DNA of 64,000 nucleotides from Patescibacteria group bacterium. GTDB taxonomy: Bacteria > Patescibacteriota > Microgenomatia > UBA1400 > PJMF01. The position numbers and the translations under genes are program-made. Positions 29,775 to 39,869 of the stretch are shown here, piece by piece. The stretch is taken from positions 451,271 through 515,270 of the forward strand of contig BOKR01000001.1 in NCBI GenBank assembly GCA_016861085.1. The letters run 5' to 3'. The notes below the pieces were generated by a model, which was not told where the DNA came from, searched no databases, and was given only the letters and a program-made list of their open reading frames with translations. Position 1 is the stretch's first letter. The number at the start of each line of letters is the position of its first letter.

Positions 29775-30728
29775 TTATGAAAGGTCAGTGAGTATCTTTC
29801 TATAAATGAGGGCTTTATTTTTGTTAGGTGCTATGACGCTAAAGACGAAAATTCTGATTAATGCTCCATATTGTAAAAGAATTTTTGCAAGAACTGCTTG
29901 CATAGATGATTTGTGTTTTGAAAAAATATATTGGAGTCCTCTGAATTCTCCCCTTAGTGCGTTTTCCTGGTTTGAACTGGCATTTTGCAAGTGAATTATG
30001 GAAGCGGTTGGATCAAGAGCAACTACAAAGTTATGATTTTTTGCCCTCATACAAATTTCGGTATCTTCGCCATACATAAAAATATTTTGGTCAAAAGGGC
30101 CAAAAGTATCTATAGCTTGTTTGGAAATCATCATAGCTGTCCCGCCAATCCAGTCAACAGGAATAAGATCTGTATAGTGTTCTAATTGTGACAGAGTAAG
30201 TCTGTTTGCTTTTCCTGTATGTTGTGTTGACGGCAGCAGTTTCCCTATCACAGGCAAATCATCAAGCATGCTCATATGAAAAAAGAGTGAAGTCAGAGTG
30301 GGAAATGAACCACCTTGAGGTTGGTATGTGAGGTCAATATTTAGTAAAACTGGAGTGAGAATACCAAGGTTCAGTTTTTCATCTGAAAGAAACCGCTGTA
30401 CCATACGTTCTAATGCATTTTCCTGAACAATTGTGTCTGAGTTTAAAAATAAATAGTATTTTCCACTTGCCTTTTTTATTCCAAGATTATTTGCATTACC
30501 AAAGCCAACGTTCTTTGTACTCTCAATAATAATAATTGGTACATCTGTCTCTTTTTTAAATTGTTTGAGGGCTTTGACCGAATCATCTTGAGAATCATTA
30601 TCGACAACAATAATTTCTAAATTATTTTTTAATAGTTGAGACGATTTTGTTGAGTTGACAACAGAGCGCACTGTTTCTAGTGTTAGATTCCTAGTGTTGT
30701 ACGAAACGATAATGACAGAAAGTAACAT
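29775..30728 (-). CDS. Glycosyltransferase, GT2 family
   Basis: 317 aa with LSVIIVSYNTRNLTLETVRSV...VVDNDSQDDS and YGEDTE. Confidence 0.8.
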   Translation of the reverse strand: MLLSVIIVSYNTRNLTLETVRSVVNSTKSSQLLKNNLEIIVVDNDSQDDSVKALKQFKKETDVPIIIIESTKNVGFGNANNLGIKKASGKYYLFLNSDTIVQENALERMVQRFLSDEKLNLGILTPVLLNIDLTYQPQGGSFPTLTSLFFHMSMLDDLPVIGKLLPSTQHTGKANRLTLSQLEHYTDLIPVDWIGGTAMMISKQAIDTFGPFDQNIFMYGEDTEICMRAKNHNFVVALDPTASIIHLQNASSNQENALRGEFRGLQYIFSKHKSSMQAVLAKILLQYGALIRIFVFSVIAPNKNKALIYRKILTDLS

Positions 30729-30734
30729 GATAGT

Positions 30735-31373
30735 TTACTGGAATAGGCGCGCGCGGCCTAATTTATACTGTGGGTTTTTATTTTTTCTCTCCCCGATTGG
30801 TTTAGCTGGAATACCAGCAACGATAGAAAATGGTTCAACGTTTTTGGTCACTACTGCTCCAGCTCCAACAATTGCTCCATCTCCGATTGTAACTCCTGGC
30901 AAAAGTATCGCTCGTGGGCCAATAAACACGTAATCGCCAATGGTTACTTTTTCTTCTATCGCTTTAAAATGGGGATCATGCACATCATGTTGACTGGTCC
31001 AAATCATAACTTCACTAGCTATATCTGTATGGTTGCCAATTTCAAGACCACCACTTGAGTTTGGTAATTGTTTACGGCCATCTAAGGTAGCTCTTTCACC
31101 CACGAGAGTATCTTCACCAATACTGATGTATCTGGGGTCATATATTCTAGCCATCATGTGAATGGTAGAACCAGTACCAATACGCATGCCAAATGCTCTG
31201 TAAAAAAATCTCCTTATGTGATGAGAGGGTACAATACCAATTCCCCACCAGAGAAAACCAGTAACTGCTTCTAAGTACCAAGCTGTTAAGCGACCAGCAA
31301 CTTTTTGCGAAAAGGTTCTGCCTTGAATTGGTTGCGCTTCATGTGAATTTTCTTGCATGAGCTTAGTATACAA
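30735..31373 (-). CDS. Hexapeptide-repeat (LbH) acetyltransferase, WcaF/NodL-like sugar O-acetyltransferase
   Basis: 212 aa. The C-terminus has the left-handed β-helix repeats IGDYVFIGPRAILLPGVTIGDGAIVGAGAVVTKNV. Confidence 0.75.
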   Translation of the reverse strand: MYTKLMQENSHEAQPIQGRTFSQKVAGRLTAWYLEAVTGFLWWGIGIVPSHHIRRFFYRAFGMRIGTGSTIHMMARIYDPRYISIGEDTLVGERATLDGRKQLPNSSGGLEIGNHTDIASEVMIWTSQHDVHDPHFKAIEEKVTIGDYVFIGPRAILLPGVTIGDGAIVGAGAVVTKNVEPFSIVAGIPAKPIGERKNKNPQYKLGRARLFQ

Positions 31374-31862
31374 CTAAAAGCTCAAGAGATCGAGAAGTCT
31401 TCCAAGTACCGTTTTATTTTCTTCGTTAGTTTCGATTTCAACGGGGATTACTAGGAGAAGACGCTCAATTTTAGTTGATTTTTTTGACGCAGCAGTTGTA
31501 GGAGTAACCTGCTGCATTTTTTCTGTGGCAGTTTTGGCGTCATCTACAGTCACTTTTTGTTCGACTTCTAATGTTTCGATTTCATTATCAATTTCAAACT
31601 CCATAGATTTGTCAAGTTCGGCAAAACTGGCATCAAGTTCTGCTTCTAAATCATCGAGTGAATCTTCCATTGTATCGTTTTTACCTAAGATACCTCCAGT
31701 TTTTGTAATTGCGTTTCCAAAGGCAAATCTATATGAAAACGTTATTGCAACAAGCACTGCAGCTACCAAGAAAAGTTTGTTTGATTGTTTCATAAAACTA
31801 TTTTGACACAGATTTTGTAGGCTGTACAAGCGGAACTGGGTTTTATTCAGTACATTTTTCAC
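31374..31862 (-). CDS. Hypothetical acidic membrane-anchored protein (the true start may be the internal Met)
   Basis: 162 aa with a TM at LFLVAAVLVAITF, then a D/E-rich and probably coiled segment. The annotated start overlaps the ruvB stop by 20 nt, so the internal MKQSN start is more likely. Confidence 0.4.
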   Translation of the reverse strand: MKNVLNKTQFRLYSLQNLCQNSFMKQSNKLFLVAAVLVAITFSYRFAFGNAITKTGGILGKNDTMEDSLDDLEAELDASFAELDKSMEFEIDNEIETLEVEQKVTVDDAKTATEKMQQVTPTTAASKKSTKIERLLLVIPVEIETNEENKTVLGRLLDLLSF

Positions 31863-32889
31863 CTAGATGCTCATAGGCGATTTTACTAACTACTCTACCT
31901 TTAGGAGTGCGTTGAATCATACCTACCTGGATTAAATATGGTTCGAGGACTTCTTCTATAGTAAGTTGATCTTCATTGAGGGTAGCAGCAATTGTTGATA
32001 ATCCAACTGGACCACCTTTATGTTTTTGGATGATCTGGCGCAAGAAACGGCGATCAGAATCATCTAGACCCAATGTGTCTATTGCAAACATGTCAAGGGC
32101 TTCGTGAACTGCTTTATTGGTGATCGTTTTGAGTTTATGAACTTGCACATAGTCACGAACGCGCTTAAGGAGTTTGAGGGCTATTCTGGGAGTACCTCGA
32201 GCACGTCTACCTATCTCAAGCGCAGACGATTCATCTATGGTTACACCGAGCTTTTCTGCCGCTGCACTAATAATAGTGGAGAGAGCTTGCGGAGTATAAA
32301 ATTGTAAGCGTTGAATGATGCCAAATCTATCACGAAATGGACCAGCTAGCAGGCCGAACCGAGTGGTGGCACCAACCAAAGTAAATTTTGGTAAATCGAG
32401 TCGAATGGTGCGTGCAGAGGGACCTTTGCCAATAACAATATCCAGGGCATAATCTTCCATAGCTGGGTACAATGTTTCTTCGATAACTTTTGGGAGTCGG
32501 TGAATTTCGTCAACAAATAAAATATCACTGGGCTCAAGATTTGTTAAGATGGCGGCAAGGTCGCCTGTTTTACTTAGTGCTGTGCCTGAGGTAATCTTGA
32601 TGTTTACCCCCAGCTCTTTAGCTATTAAATGTGACAATGTGGTTTTTCCTAAGCCTGGAGGACCATAGAGGAGCGTGTGGTCAAGGGCCTCACTTCTACC
32701 TTTAGCTGCAGTGATAGCAATTTGTAAGGATTTTTTTGTATCATCTTGACCAAAAAAAGCATCCCAGCTGTTGGCACGCAGTGAAGTAAGTAATTCTTCT
32801 TCTCCCGGGGTTGTGTCTAGTGGGTCAGTAGGACTGTTTATAGGAGGAGTCTTTTTTCGTGGTTGTACTAAGTTATCTTCAAAGTTCAT
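31843..32889 (-). CDS. ruvB: Holliday junction branch migration ATPase RuvB
   Basis: 348 aa with Walker A LYGPPGLGKTTL, Walker B ILFVDEIHRL and the sensor/arginine finger region TTRFGLLAGPFRDRFG. Confidence 0.95.
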   Translation of the reverse strand: MNFEDNLVQPRKKTPPINSPTDPLDTTPGEEELLTSLRANSWDAFFGQDDTKKSLQIAITAAKGRSEALDHTLLYGPPGLGKTTLSHLIAKELGVNIKITSGTALSKTGDLAAILTNLEPSDILFVDEIHRLPKVIEETLYPAMEDYALDIVIGKGPSARTIRLDLPKFTLVGATTRFGLLAGPFRDRFGIIQRLQFYTPQALSTIISAAAEKLGVTIDESSALEIGRRARGTPRIALKLLKRVRDYVQVHKLKTITNKAVHEALDMFAIDTLGLDDSDRRFLRQIIQKHKGGPVGLSTIAATLNEDQLTIEEVLEPYLIQVGMIQRTPKGRVVSKIAYEHLGEKCTE

Positions 32890-32898
32890 AGTTGTAGT

Positions 32899-33471
32899 CT
32901 ATTTGTGTTTACCTAGTTCTTTTATTGTCATCTGAATTGCTTTCTCTAGTGGTAGGTCAGTAATATCAATAGTTTTAAGTGCTTGTGAAATATGTGTTTC
33001 ATCAAAGCCCATGCTTAACAATGCTTCCAGGATATCGGATTGTAGCTGGCTAAGAGGGGTGAGATCAACATCTTTAATGCCGCCAAGTTTAGATTTGAGA
33101 TCAATAATAATTTTTTGACCAGCTTTCTTACCAACTCGTTTGACACTCGTAAAAAATGCAACATCAGCATTTTGAATGGCAGTAACAATTTGCCCAGAGC
33201 CTTTGTTAAGTATTGCAAGTGCCGTAGTTGGCCCTACCCCAGAAACGCTGATGAGGAGTTTAAACAGTTCTTTATCATTGAGGGTGCTAAAACCATACAG
33301 TTCAAGGGCATCTTCTTTCACATGGGTATATATATGAAGTGAAATTTCTTTTGTATTTGCAGCTTGCGAAAGAACTTGATTGGTGGCTTTAACTCCATAG
33401 CCGACGCCACCAGTCATGATGATGAGTTCATTTAATATAAGAAGTGGTGTTCCAGTTAGATATGCGATCAT
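32899..33471 (-). CDS. ruvA: Holliday junction DNA helicase RuvA
   Basis: 190 aa starting MIAYLTGTPL, the RuvA N-terminus, with the helix-hairpin-helix region LISVSGVGPTTALAIL. The ruvC-ruvA-ruvB order is canonical. Confidence 0.85.
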   Translation of the reverse strand: MIAYLTGTPLLILNELIIMTGGVGYGVKATNQVLSQAANTKEISLHIYTHVKEDALELYGFSTLNDKELFKLLISVSGVGPTTALAILNKGSGQIVTAIQNADVAFFTSVKRVGKKAGQKIIIDLKSKLGGIKDVDLTPLSQLQSDILEALLSMGFDETHISQALKTIDITDLPLEKAIQMTIKELGKHK

Positions 33472-33515
33472 GAATCTCAGTATAACATTTGGGTAAGTTT
33501 TGGGAAGAGAGATTC

Positions 33516-34046
33516 TTACACTAAGCTTACTGCACAGGTCATCGCAATCGCTACCGCGTCAAGTGCATCATCAATAAATGTGTTTACTGATCCATTTACT
33601 TGTAGTCTCACCATTTTTTCCACGGCTTCCTTATCTGCTCTTCCATTCCCAGTTACTGCTAATTTTATTTCAACAGGATCGTATTCTAGAACTTCTAATC
33701 CTGCATCTAAACAGGTTCCAATAATCACTCCACGCGCTTCACTGACTCGCATTGCAGTTTTCTTATTTTTAGCAAAATAAACTGTTTCAATCGCTAGTTG
33801 AGTTGGTTCAAAATGCGCAATAATTTCTTTTAAATCACTCTGAATTTTTTTAAATCTTACAAAAATAGTTTCGTTTTTGTCTGTCTGAATGCAGCCAAGA
33901 GCAACACACTCGAATTTGCCTGATGCAGTTTTTGTGCCACGCTTTCCAATTGCCCACCCCACCCTGTCATATCCAGGATCAATTCCTAAAATCACATTCG
34001 AGTTTGACCTGAGTATTTGGTTTCTATTCTTTTCCTGCATCTGCAC
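33516..34046 (-). CDS. ruvC: Crossover junction endodeoxyribonuclease RuvC
   Basis: 176 aa starting ILGIDPGYDRVGWAI, the RuvC catalytic N-terminus, and it is RNase-H-fold sized. Confidence 0.85.
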   Translation of the reverse strand: MQMQEKNRNQILRSNSNVILGIDPGYDRVGWAIGKRGTKTASGKFECVALGCIQTDKNETIFVRFKKIQSDLKEIIAHFEPTQLAIETVYFAKNKKTAMRVSEARGVIIGTCLDAGLEVLEYDPVEIKLAVTGNGRADKEAVEKMVRLQVNGSVNTFIDDALDAVAIAMTCAVSLV

Positions 34047-35238
34047 CTTTTTTATTTTGAAGTTCCTGGGCAGTGGTGATCAAAGTTGTTAAAATTGTTT
34101 CGGCAGACAGCTTCCAACTGAATTTTTTAATTTGTTCACGGGCTAATCGTCTAAAACTACGGCGTTCAACAGTACTCAGGTTTTGTGCCTTCCACATTTG
34201 ATCGGCAATTTCTTGTGGATTAGTAGGGTTTGCATATAACCCAGCTTCACCAACTACTTCTGGTAAACTGGTAGTATTAGAGACAATCGGCACAGTATTA
34301 AAATACAATGATTCTAGTGGTGGAATGCCAAAGCCCTCATATAAACCCACCAAACAGCTTGCAGTCGCGTGTTGGTACAGGATTTGTTTTTCAATATCAC
34401 TGATAAATCCTGTGGTAATGATTCTATTCTTTATGTTTGAATCAGCAATCCGCTTTACAATGGGTTCAGCAAGCCAACCAACTTTGCCAGCAATGACTAA
34501 CTTAGGTTTTTGATTAGTCCTGTTTGATTTGGCATTCTTTTTTTGCAGAGATCTGCCCGCATCCATTCTGTAATAAATTTCGAAAGCCTCAATTAGTCGT
34601 TCAAGATTTTTTCTAGGTTGCATGGTACCTACAAACAAAAAGTAGGGTTCAGTAATAGTATGCTTCCTAAAAAAAGTATTCACTTGACTTGGCTCATAGT
34701 GCAATTTTTGTATAGCGGCAGAAGGGTATGCTACTACTATGTCATCAGGATTTTTGCCATAGTGTGTAACTATTTCATCTTTGGTAAATTTACTAATGGC
34801 AATAACTTTTTTGGCATGTTTGACGCTGTACTGTGTCCATTTTGTTAACTTGATAGTGTCTGATTTTTTAAATTGTTCTGGATATGCCAGATATGCAGTA
34901 TCCATGACTGAGCTTATATACGGAATTGGGCAAAGTCTTGGTGCATAATGTCCTGGTGTATAAAACACATCATATTTTTTTTGATTTTTGTATAAGTGAA
35001 TTGGTAAAGCCCACTGTGTCCAGAATTTTTCTGGCTTTATGACCTTATAGTCCCAGCCTTTTCTTTCATCAGGCAGATCAGTAATTTTGGGAGAAGCGAG
35101 CAATACAGTCACAGTAATGTCTTCATTTCTTCTTACTAGCTGTTCAAGTTGCACTAAAATTTCAAATGCATAGACATTACTGCCAACTCTGTTGAGAACA
35201 TTTGCTTCGTTGCCGTCAATTGCTATGTGTAGTTTCAT
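34024..35238 (-). CDS. Glycosyltransferase, GT4 family
   Basis: 404 aa with the C-terminal motif YEGFGIPPLESLYFNTVPIV. The stop overlaps the ruvC start by 23 nt. Confidence 0.75.
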   Translation of the reverse strand: MKLHIAIDGNEANVLNRVGSNVYAFEILVQLEQLVRRNEDITVTVLLASPKITDLPDERKGWDYKVIKPEKFWTQWALPIHLYKNQKKYDVFYTPGHYAPRLCPIPYISSVMDTAYLAYPEQFKKSDTIKLTKWTQYSVKHAKKVIAISKFTKDEIVTHYGKNPDDIVVAYPSAAIQKLHYEPSQVNTFFRKHTITEPYFLFVGTMQPRKNLERLIEAFEIYYRMDAGRSLQKKNAKSNRTNQKPKLVIAGKVGWLAEPIVKRIADSNIKNRIITTGFISDIEKQILYQHATASCLVGLYEGFGIPPLESLYFNTVPIVSNTTSLPEVVGEAGLYANPTNPQEIADQMWKAQNLSTVERRSFRRLAREQIKKFSWKLSAETILTTLITTAQELQNKKGADAGKE

Positions 35239-36359
35239 TTAAAATCCTGAATTGCTTGTTTGTATACTGCTACAGTCTCACGCGCAGTTGTTTCCCAGTT
35301 AAACATTTGTTGTCGAATAATCATACGTTGCAAACGTTTTTTTTGTTCCTCAGTCGTTTCATTCAGAATTTTTTGTAAGCCAAGCGTGATGCTTTCTACA
35401 GATTCTGGATTCACAAACTCAGCAGCATTGCCAGCTACTTCAATCATGCCAGAATTATTTGAAGTTACAACCGGAGTGCCATGATGAAAACTTTCTAAAA
35501 TTGGTAGTCCAAAGCCTTCATATAATGAGGGAAAGGCAAACACCTCGGCATTGGCATATAAAACAGAAAGAGCTTTATCGGTAATTCTACCCAAAAATCT
35601 AGGTTGGTATTTATATTGTTTTGCAGCTAAATCTGATTCATCCCAGCCGCTCTCACCAGCTATCAGTAAATCATATTCGCTGGCAAGTGGTTGCCAAGCT
35701 TGAATGAGTCGAGTTAAATTTTTGCGGGGTTCACGAGTACCAACAAAGAAAATATATGGTCTATTTAAAACCAACTTTTCCTTAATCAACAACTCCTGCT
35801 CTTCTGTGACACTATCTGCAGCTTTCAGGAATTCTTCTGGAACTGCTTCATGAACAACATGAACCATATACGCTGGATATCCAAGTAACTTCACAATGTC
35901 AGTTTTTGTTGTTTGGCTGACAGCTATAATGTGGGATCTATGTTCTTTGAGCATCTTCCATGATCTCTCGTGAGCTTTTAGAATTGCTGGATGAGCAGTT
36001 TTTGGAAATTTAAGAATTGCTAGATCATGGATAGTAGATACAATTGGAATATTTTTGTCCGGGGGCTGCACCCAGTCCCAGCTATGAAACACATCTAAGT
36101 TGGGGATATAGCCTGAAACAGGCTTGAGTCCAAATTGCCATAATTTCTCAATTGCAGAAGTCGGCAGTCGTAAAAACTGGGTAGCAACTCCAGGAATTTT
36201 TTCAGCTTGTGTTTCTAAGACATCTTTTTGTCGAAGTGAATAGCCAAATAATGTTAATTGTATTTCCGGGAGTTGCGCTAAACTACGTGATAAATTTTGA
36301 GTATAGCGTGAGACCCCTCGACCATAAATAACTGATGTAAAGTCAATTCCAACATGCAT
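35235..36359 (-). CDS. Glycosyltransferase, GT4 family
   Basis: 374 aa with the C-terminal motif YEGFGLPILESFHHGTPVVTS. Confidence 0.75.
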   Translation of the reverse strand: MHVGIDFTSVIYGRGVSRYTQNLSRSLAQLPEIQLTLFGYSLRQKDVLETQAEKIPGVATQFLRLPTSAIEKLWQFGLKPVSGYIPNLDVFHSWDWVQPPDKNIPIVSTIHDLAILKFPKTAHPAILKAHERSWKMLKEHRSHIIAVSQTTKTDIVKLLGYPAYMVHVVHEAVPEEFLKAADSVTEEQELLIKEKLVLNRPYIFFVGTREPRKNLTRLIQAWQPLASEYDLLIAGESGWDESDLAAKQYKYQPRFLGRITDKALSVLYANAEVFAFPSLYEGFGLPILESFHHGTPVVTSNNSGMIEVAGNAAEFVNPESVESITLGLQKILNETTEEQKKRLQRMIIRQQMFNWETTARETVAVYKQAIQDFK

Positions 36360-36360
36360 A

Positions 36361-37860
36361 TTATTTCATTCCAATCACGTTTAGTGGTTGCATAAACACT
36401 CTAACAAAACCGATATTCGGATAGTCTAGCACACCTACTTGTCTAAATCCTAGCTCAAGAAGCACTGATTCAATTTTGTTATTTGGATCAGTAAGATCGC
36501 GCAAATAGTCAAAAACCAAAATAGTTTTATAGCTAGCTGCAACTTTAAGATCATTTGTAAGATTTGGAACGTTTTCAATGTACAACGTTTTTGTTGAGAA
36601 AGTTGGGAAAGTGTTGAGATTTTTTTTGGCCTGTTGCATCTCATACCACCGCATTGGTGCAAATTCTTCTGGGAACGAATAGACCAGCAATGTCTCACTT
36701 GGAACAAATTCACGGTGCATTTGAGTTACTAATTCTCGCCAATTTTCACGCTGTAAATTTGGAGTTGCGTAATATGCAGTTGTTCCCAGCAGATTAATAG
36801 TAAGAAAAGTGCTCACAAAGAATATTGCGACTTTTCTTGATTTAGAGTTCATAAGTATGTCAGCAATATGGGCAATTAGAATATAGATTCCCGGTAGTAA
36901 AAAGAGCAGTCGTTTTGGTTGAATTACAGGGACTACAAATGAGATTAACCACGCTGTAATAAGAGGAACGATAATCCAAAAAAATAGTAATTTGAAGTTA
37001 TATTTTTTGAGGTTTTTTAAAATATGTGGAACTATCAGCAGTAAGGCAGCTGTGAGAGCAACTGCTAAAACAATAACAAGAACAGATGCATCAAGTGGCA
37101 GAACTCCGAATAATAATTTTCCAAACACTAGCGGAATAGCTTTGAGTTGTATTACGCTGACTACTTGTTCCCATCCTGGTAGTTGTTTTCTTACTACTCC
37201 ACCCTCTGCAAGTTGTTGTAAGAAAATTGGTAGGAATGGAAAAAATGTAGCAATAGTTACACCAAAAGAAATAAAAAGTTTTTTAGTTTTTTTGATTTTT
37301 AGAGCTAAAAATGTATACGCAATTTGGGCAAGCAGAAAAAAAGGATACAAGTATGAGGCATACAAACCCAATGTATTAAAAATTGTCAAAAAGACAATGC
37401 TATCTTTCGAATTTTTTTGTTCTAAGGATTTAATAAAATAGTACATGCTCAATACTGCTAAAGCAGTTGGCAATGAATATGGTCGCAGTTCTTGTGAATA
37501 GAAAATATGAAACGAAGATGTTGCCAATAATAAGGTACTCAAAAAGGCAACTTGCTTAGAAAATAACGTAACAGCAATTTTATAGGTAAAAATAATGGTG
37601 ATAATTCCAGGGATAACAGCCCCAATAGTTCTTAAAAACCACTCGCTTCGTGAGAAATATTGGGCAAAGTGCAAAATAAAATGTAGCAATGGTGGTTGAA
37701 AATCAGAGATGATATCAAGTTGTTGGTTGAATGGTCGAATAATTTCGAGCGCTTGTGCAGCTTCATCTAGCCAAAATGATCCATTCAATAATGGTAGACG
37801 TAGTATGATTGTCAAGACGAGTATGCAGGCGAGTGGGTATTTCAATATCAGTTTTTTCAT
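36361..37860 (-). CDS. Polytopic membrane glycosyltransferase, GT-C fold (ArnT/PMT_2-like)
   Basis: 499 aa with at least 11 TM helices. The first-loop motif NGSFWLDEAAQALEI has the DE..A/Y catalytic pattern of GT39/GT83. Confidence 0.6.
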   Translation of the reverse strand: MKKLILKYPLACILVLTIILRLPLLNGSFWLDEAAQALEIIRPFNQQLDIISDFQPPLLHFILHFAQYFSRSEWFLRTIGAVIPGIITIIFTYKIAVTLFSKQVAFLSTLLLATSSFHIFYSQELRPYSLPTALAVLSMYYFIKSLEQKNSKDSIVFLTIFNTLGLYASYLYPFFLLAQIAYTFLALKIKKTKKLFISFGVTIATFFPFLPIFLQQLAEGGVVRKQLPGWEQVVSVIQLKAIPLVFGKLLFGVLPLDASVLVIVLAVALTAALLLIVPHILKNLKKYNFKLLFFWIIVPLITAWLISFVVPVIQPKRLLFLLPGIYILIAHIADILMNSKSRKVAIFFVSTFLTINLLGTTAYYATPNLQRENWRELVTQMHREFVPSETLLVYSFPEEFAPMRWYEMQQAKKNLNTFPTFSTKTLYIENVPNLTNDLKVAASYKTILVFDYLRDLTDPNNKIESVLLELGFRQVGVLDYPNIGFVRVFMQPLNVIGMK

Positions 37861-37891
37861 GCAATAATCCTAACTACATTGTACTCATAAA

Positions 37892-38920
37892 GTGAGGATT
37901 CTGAAAGCTATGTTTGAATTTTTACAGGGAAAAACAGTATTGGTAACGGGTGCAGCTGGATTTATTGGCTCAAACTTGGTTGCAAAATTAATTCCCTTAG
38001 GTGCCCACATAATCGGCGTTGATAACTTATTAACTGGAAGAATTGAAAATCTTGCAGGTTTTTTGGATGACGCCAGAATTTCTAGAGTTTCTAACTTTGA
38101 ATTTATTACTGCAGATGTTACTCAACCTGTTGCGTCGTACCTACCTGAAGGCAAAAAAATTGATGTTGTCTTGCATTTTGCTTCACCTGCTTCTCCACCC
38201 AGATATCAAAAATACCCAGTTGAAACCTATTTAGTTAATTCTCTTGCCACACATTATTTAGCAGAGTATTTACACAAAACTAACCCTGAGGGAAGGTTTG
38301 TGTTTGCGGGAACTTCAGAGGCATATGGTGATCCTCAGGTGCATCCACAGCCAGAAACGTATTGGGGTAATGTCAACCCAAATGGCAAGCGATCTTGCTA
38401 TGACGAATCAAAACGGTTAGGTGAAACTATTTGTGGAGTGTTCTATCGTGATTTTGGTTTAGATACTAGAATAGTGAGGATTTTTAATACCTATGGACCA
38501 AACATGGATCCAACTGATGGTAGAGTAATTCCAAATTTTGTGATGCAAGCACTCAAGGGAGGACCGCTTACAGTGTATGGTGATGGCAGTTACACCCGTT
38601 CGTATTGTTATATAGACGACTTAGTTGAGTACATTTTGCGAATGACCTGTAAAGAGGGGCTTGCTGGTGAGACTGTAAATATAGGTAATCCCCAAGAATT
38701 CACTATATTACAAACTGCTCAGCTGATACATGAAGCAATCAATCCTGGAGCTGAGTTCAAAGCAGACTTTAAACCACTGCCCTCTGATGACCCGACTAAA
38801 CGCAAACCAGACATTACCAAGGCCAAACAATTGTTGGGATTTGAACCACAAGTTCAATTTGCAGAAGGTTTACAAAAAACGATTGAGTATTTTAGGCCCA
38901 TTTATGCGGCGGTTTCTTAA
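37892..38920 (+). CDS. UDP-glucuronate decarboxylase / UDP-xylose synthase (SDR family)
   Basis: 342 aa with the Rossmann motif VLVTGAAGFIGSNL. The stretch SEAYGDPQVHPQPETYWGNVNPNGKRSCYDESKRLGE closely matches the conserved UXS block, and the YxxxK motif is present. Confidence 0.85.
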   Translation: MRILKAMFEFLQGKTVLVTGAAGFIGSNLVAKLIPLGAHIIGVDNLLTGRIENLAGFLDDARISRVSNFEFITADVTQPVASYLPEGKKIDVVLHFASPASPPRYQKYPVETYLVNSLATHYLAEYLHKTNPEGRFVFAGTSEAYGDPQVHPQPETYWGNVNPNGKRSCYDESKRLGETICGVFYRDFGLDTRIVRIFNTYGPNMDPTDGRVIPNFVMQALKGGPLTVYGDGSYTRSYCYIDDLVEYILRMTCKEGLAGETVNIGNPQEFTILQTAQLIHEAINPGAEFKADFKPLPSDDPTKRKPDITKAKQLLGFEPQVQFAEGLQKTIEYFRPIYAAVS

Positions 38921-39758
38921 CTTTTGATGGTCTTCGTAAATATTCTTCTATTGTTCTGACTAGGTCTGCTCTCATTTGAGCAGTAAATCCGGGGGTCGTT
39001 TTAAGGCGGCTGATTCTTGTTTTAATTTCTTCAACCGATCTTTTATCGTCTAAATCATCAAGTCTGTAAGAAATAGAAAACATAAGTGAATTTTCCCAGG
39101 TACGCTTTGCTTCTTGTTCAAAAATAATGGTGAAGAGTTCGATTAAGTCACTATCAGTTAACTGTGTTAGTTTAAACTCGTCAAAATGCCTCAGTCTATA
39201 GGCATAGTAGTTTCCAAGGATTGTTTCAATAGCATCTTTAGCTCTTTTTTGTTGATCAGGGGTAAATGTTTTTATTTGTTTGGCAATGAGGGTGATTTGT
39301 GCCTCACTATGTACAGAGAGTGCTCTTACTAGCTGGTCAGTTGTTTCTTTTCCTCGTTTTTCCCTTTCATTTCCCTCAGCATCATAGGCTTTTTCATTCC
39401 TAGCTCGCTCTAGAGCAACTATCTTTTGGCACAATGTTTCGTTATCAAAACCAATAAGTCCAAATGTTAGTAACTCTCTTTTTTTGTAGGCTTCATATTT
39501 TCTCTCCTCTGCTATTTTAGTTTTTTCTTCTTGCCTTTTTTTTCTTAAAAACTCTTGGCGATATTTACTCCATGCGTGGCGTTCATTTGCAGTTAATCTC
39601 TTTACTCCTAGAAGCCTAGCTATCTCAACAGGAGTCATGGAGTGGTAACTATCATCTTTGGCAACCTTTGCTATTTCGTAAAGCAATCGTTGGATAGTGG
39701 GCTGTGGTGTAGTTTTGTTTTCTTGTTCATGATTATTGGCTATAATTTTTTTTAGCAT
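38892..39758 (-). CDS. Hypothetical K/E/R-rich protein with a possible N-terminal HTH
   Basis: 288 aa. MTPVEIARLLGVKRLTANERHAW is helix-turn-helix-like, followed by charged, probably coiled-coil segments. Its 3' end overlaps the convergent UXS gene by 29 nt. Confidence 0.4.
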   Translation of the reverse strand: MLKKIIANNHEQENKTTPQPTIQRLLYEIAKVAKDDSYHSMTPVEIARLLGVKRLTANERHAWSKYRQEFLRKKRQEEKTKIAEERKYEAYKKRELLTFGLIGFDNETLCQKIVALERARNEKAYDAEGNEREKRGKETTDQLVRALSVHSEAQITLIAKQIKTFTPDQQKRAKDAIETILGNYYAYRLRHFDEFKLTQLTDSDLIELFTIIFEQEAKRTWENSLMFSISYRLDDLDDKRSVEEIKTRISRLKTTPGFTAQMRADLVRTIEEYLRRPSKVKKPPHKWA

Positions 39759-39810
39759 TCACCACTTTCTGTTTATTAATAAATTGAATTACTATAACAG
39801 TATCCAATTA

Positions 39811-39831
39811 GTTAAAAAAACCTTGTGGTTT
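39811..39831 (-). terminator. Weak candidate intrinsic terminator after the 1121-aa gene
   Basis: On the minus strand AAACC, loop acaa, GGTTT, then TTTTTT. The stem is short with only 2 GC pairs. Confidence 0.2.
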
Positions 39832-39869
39832 ATCACAAATTTCTTTATAATGATTTTTTTCAAACAAAA

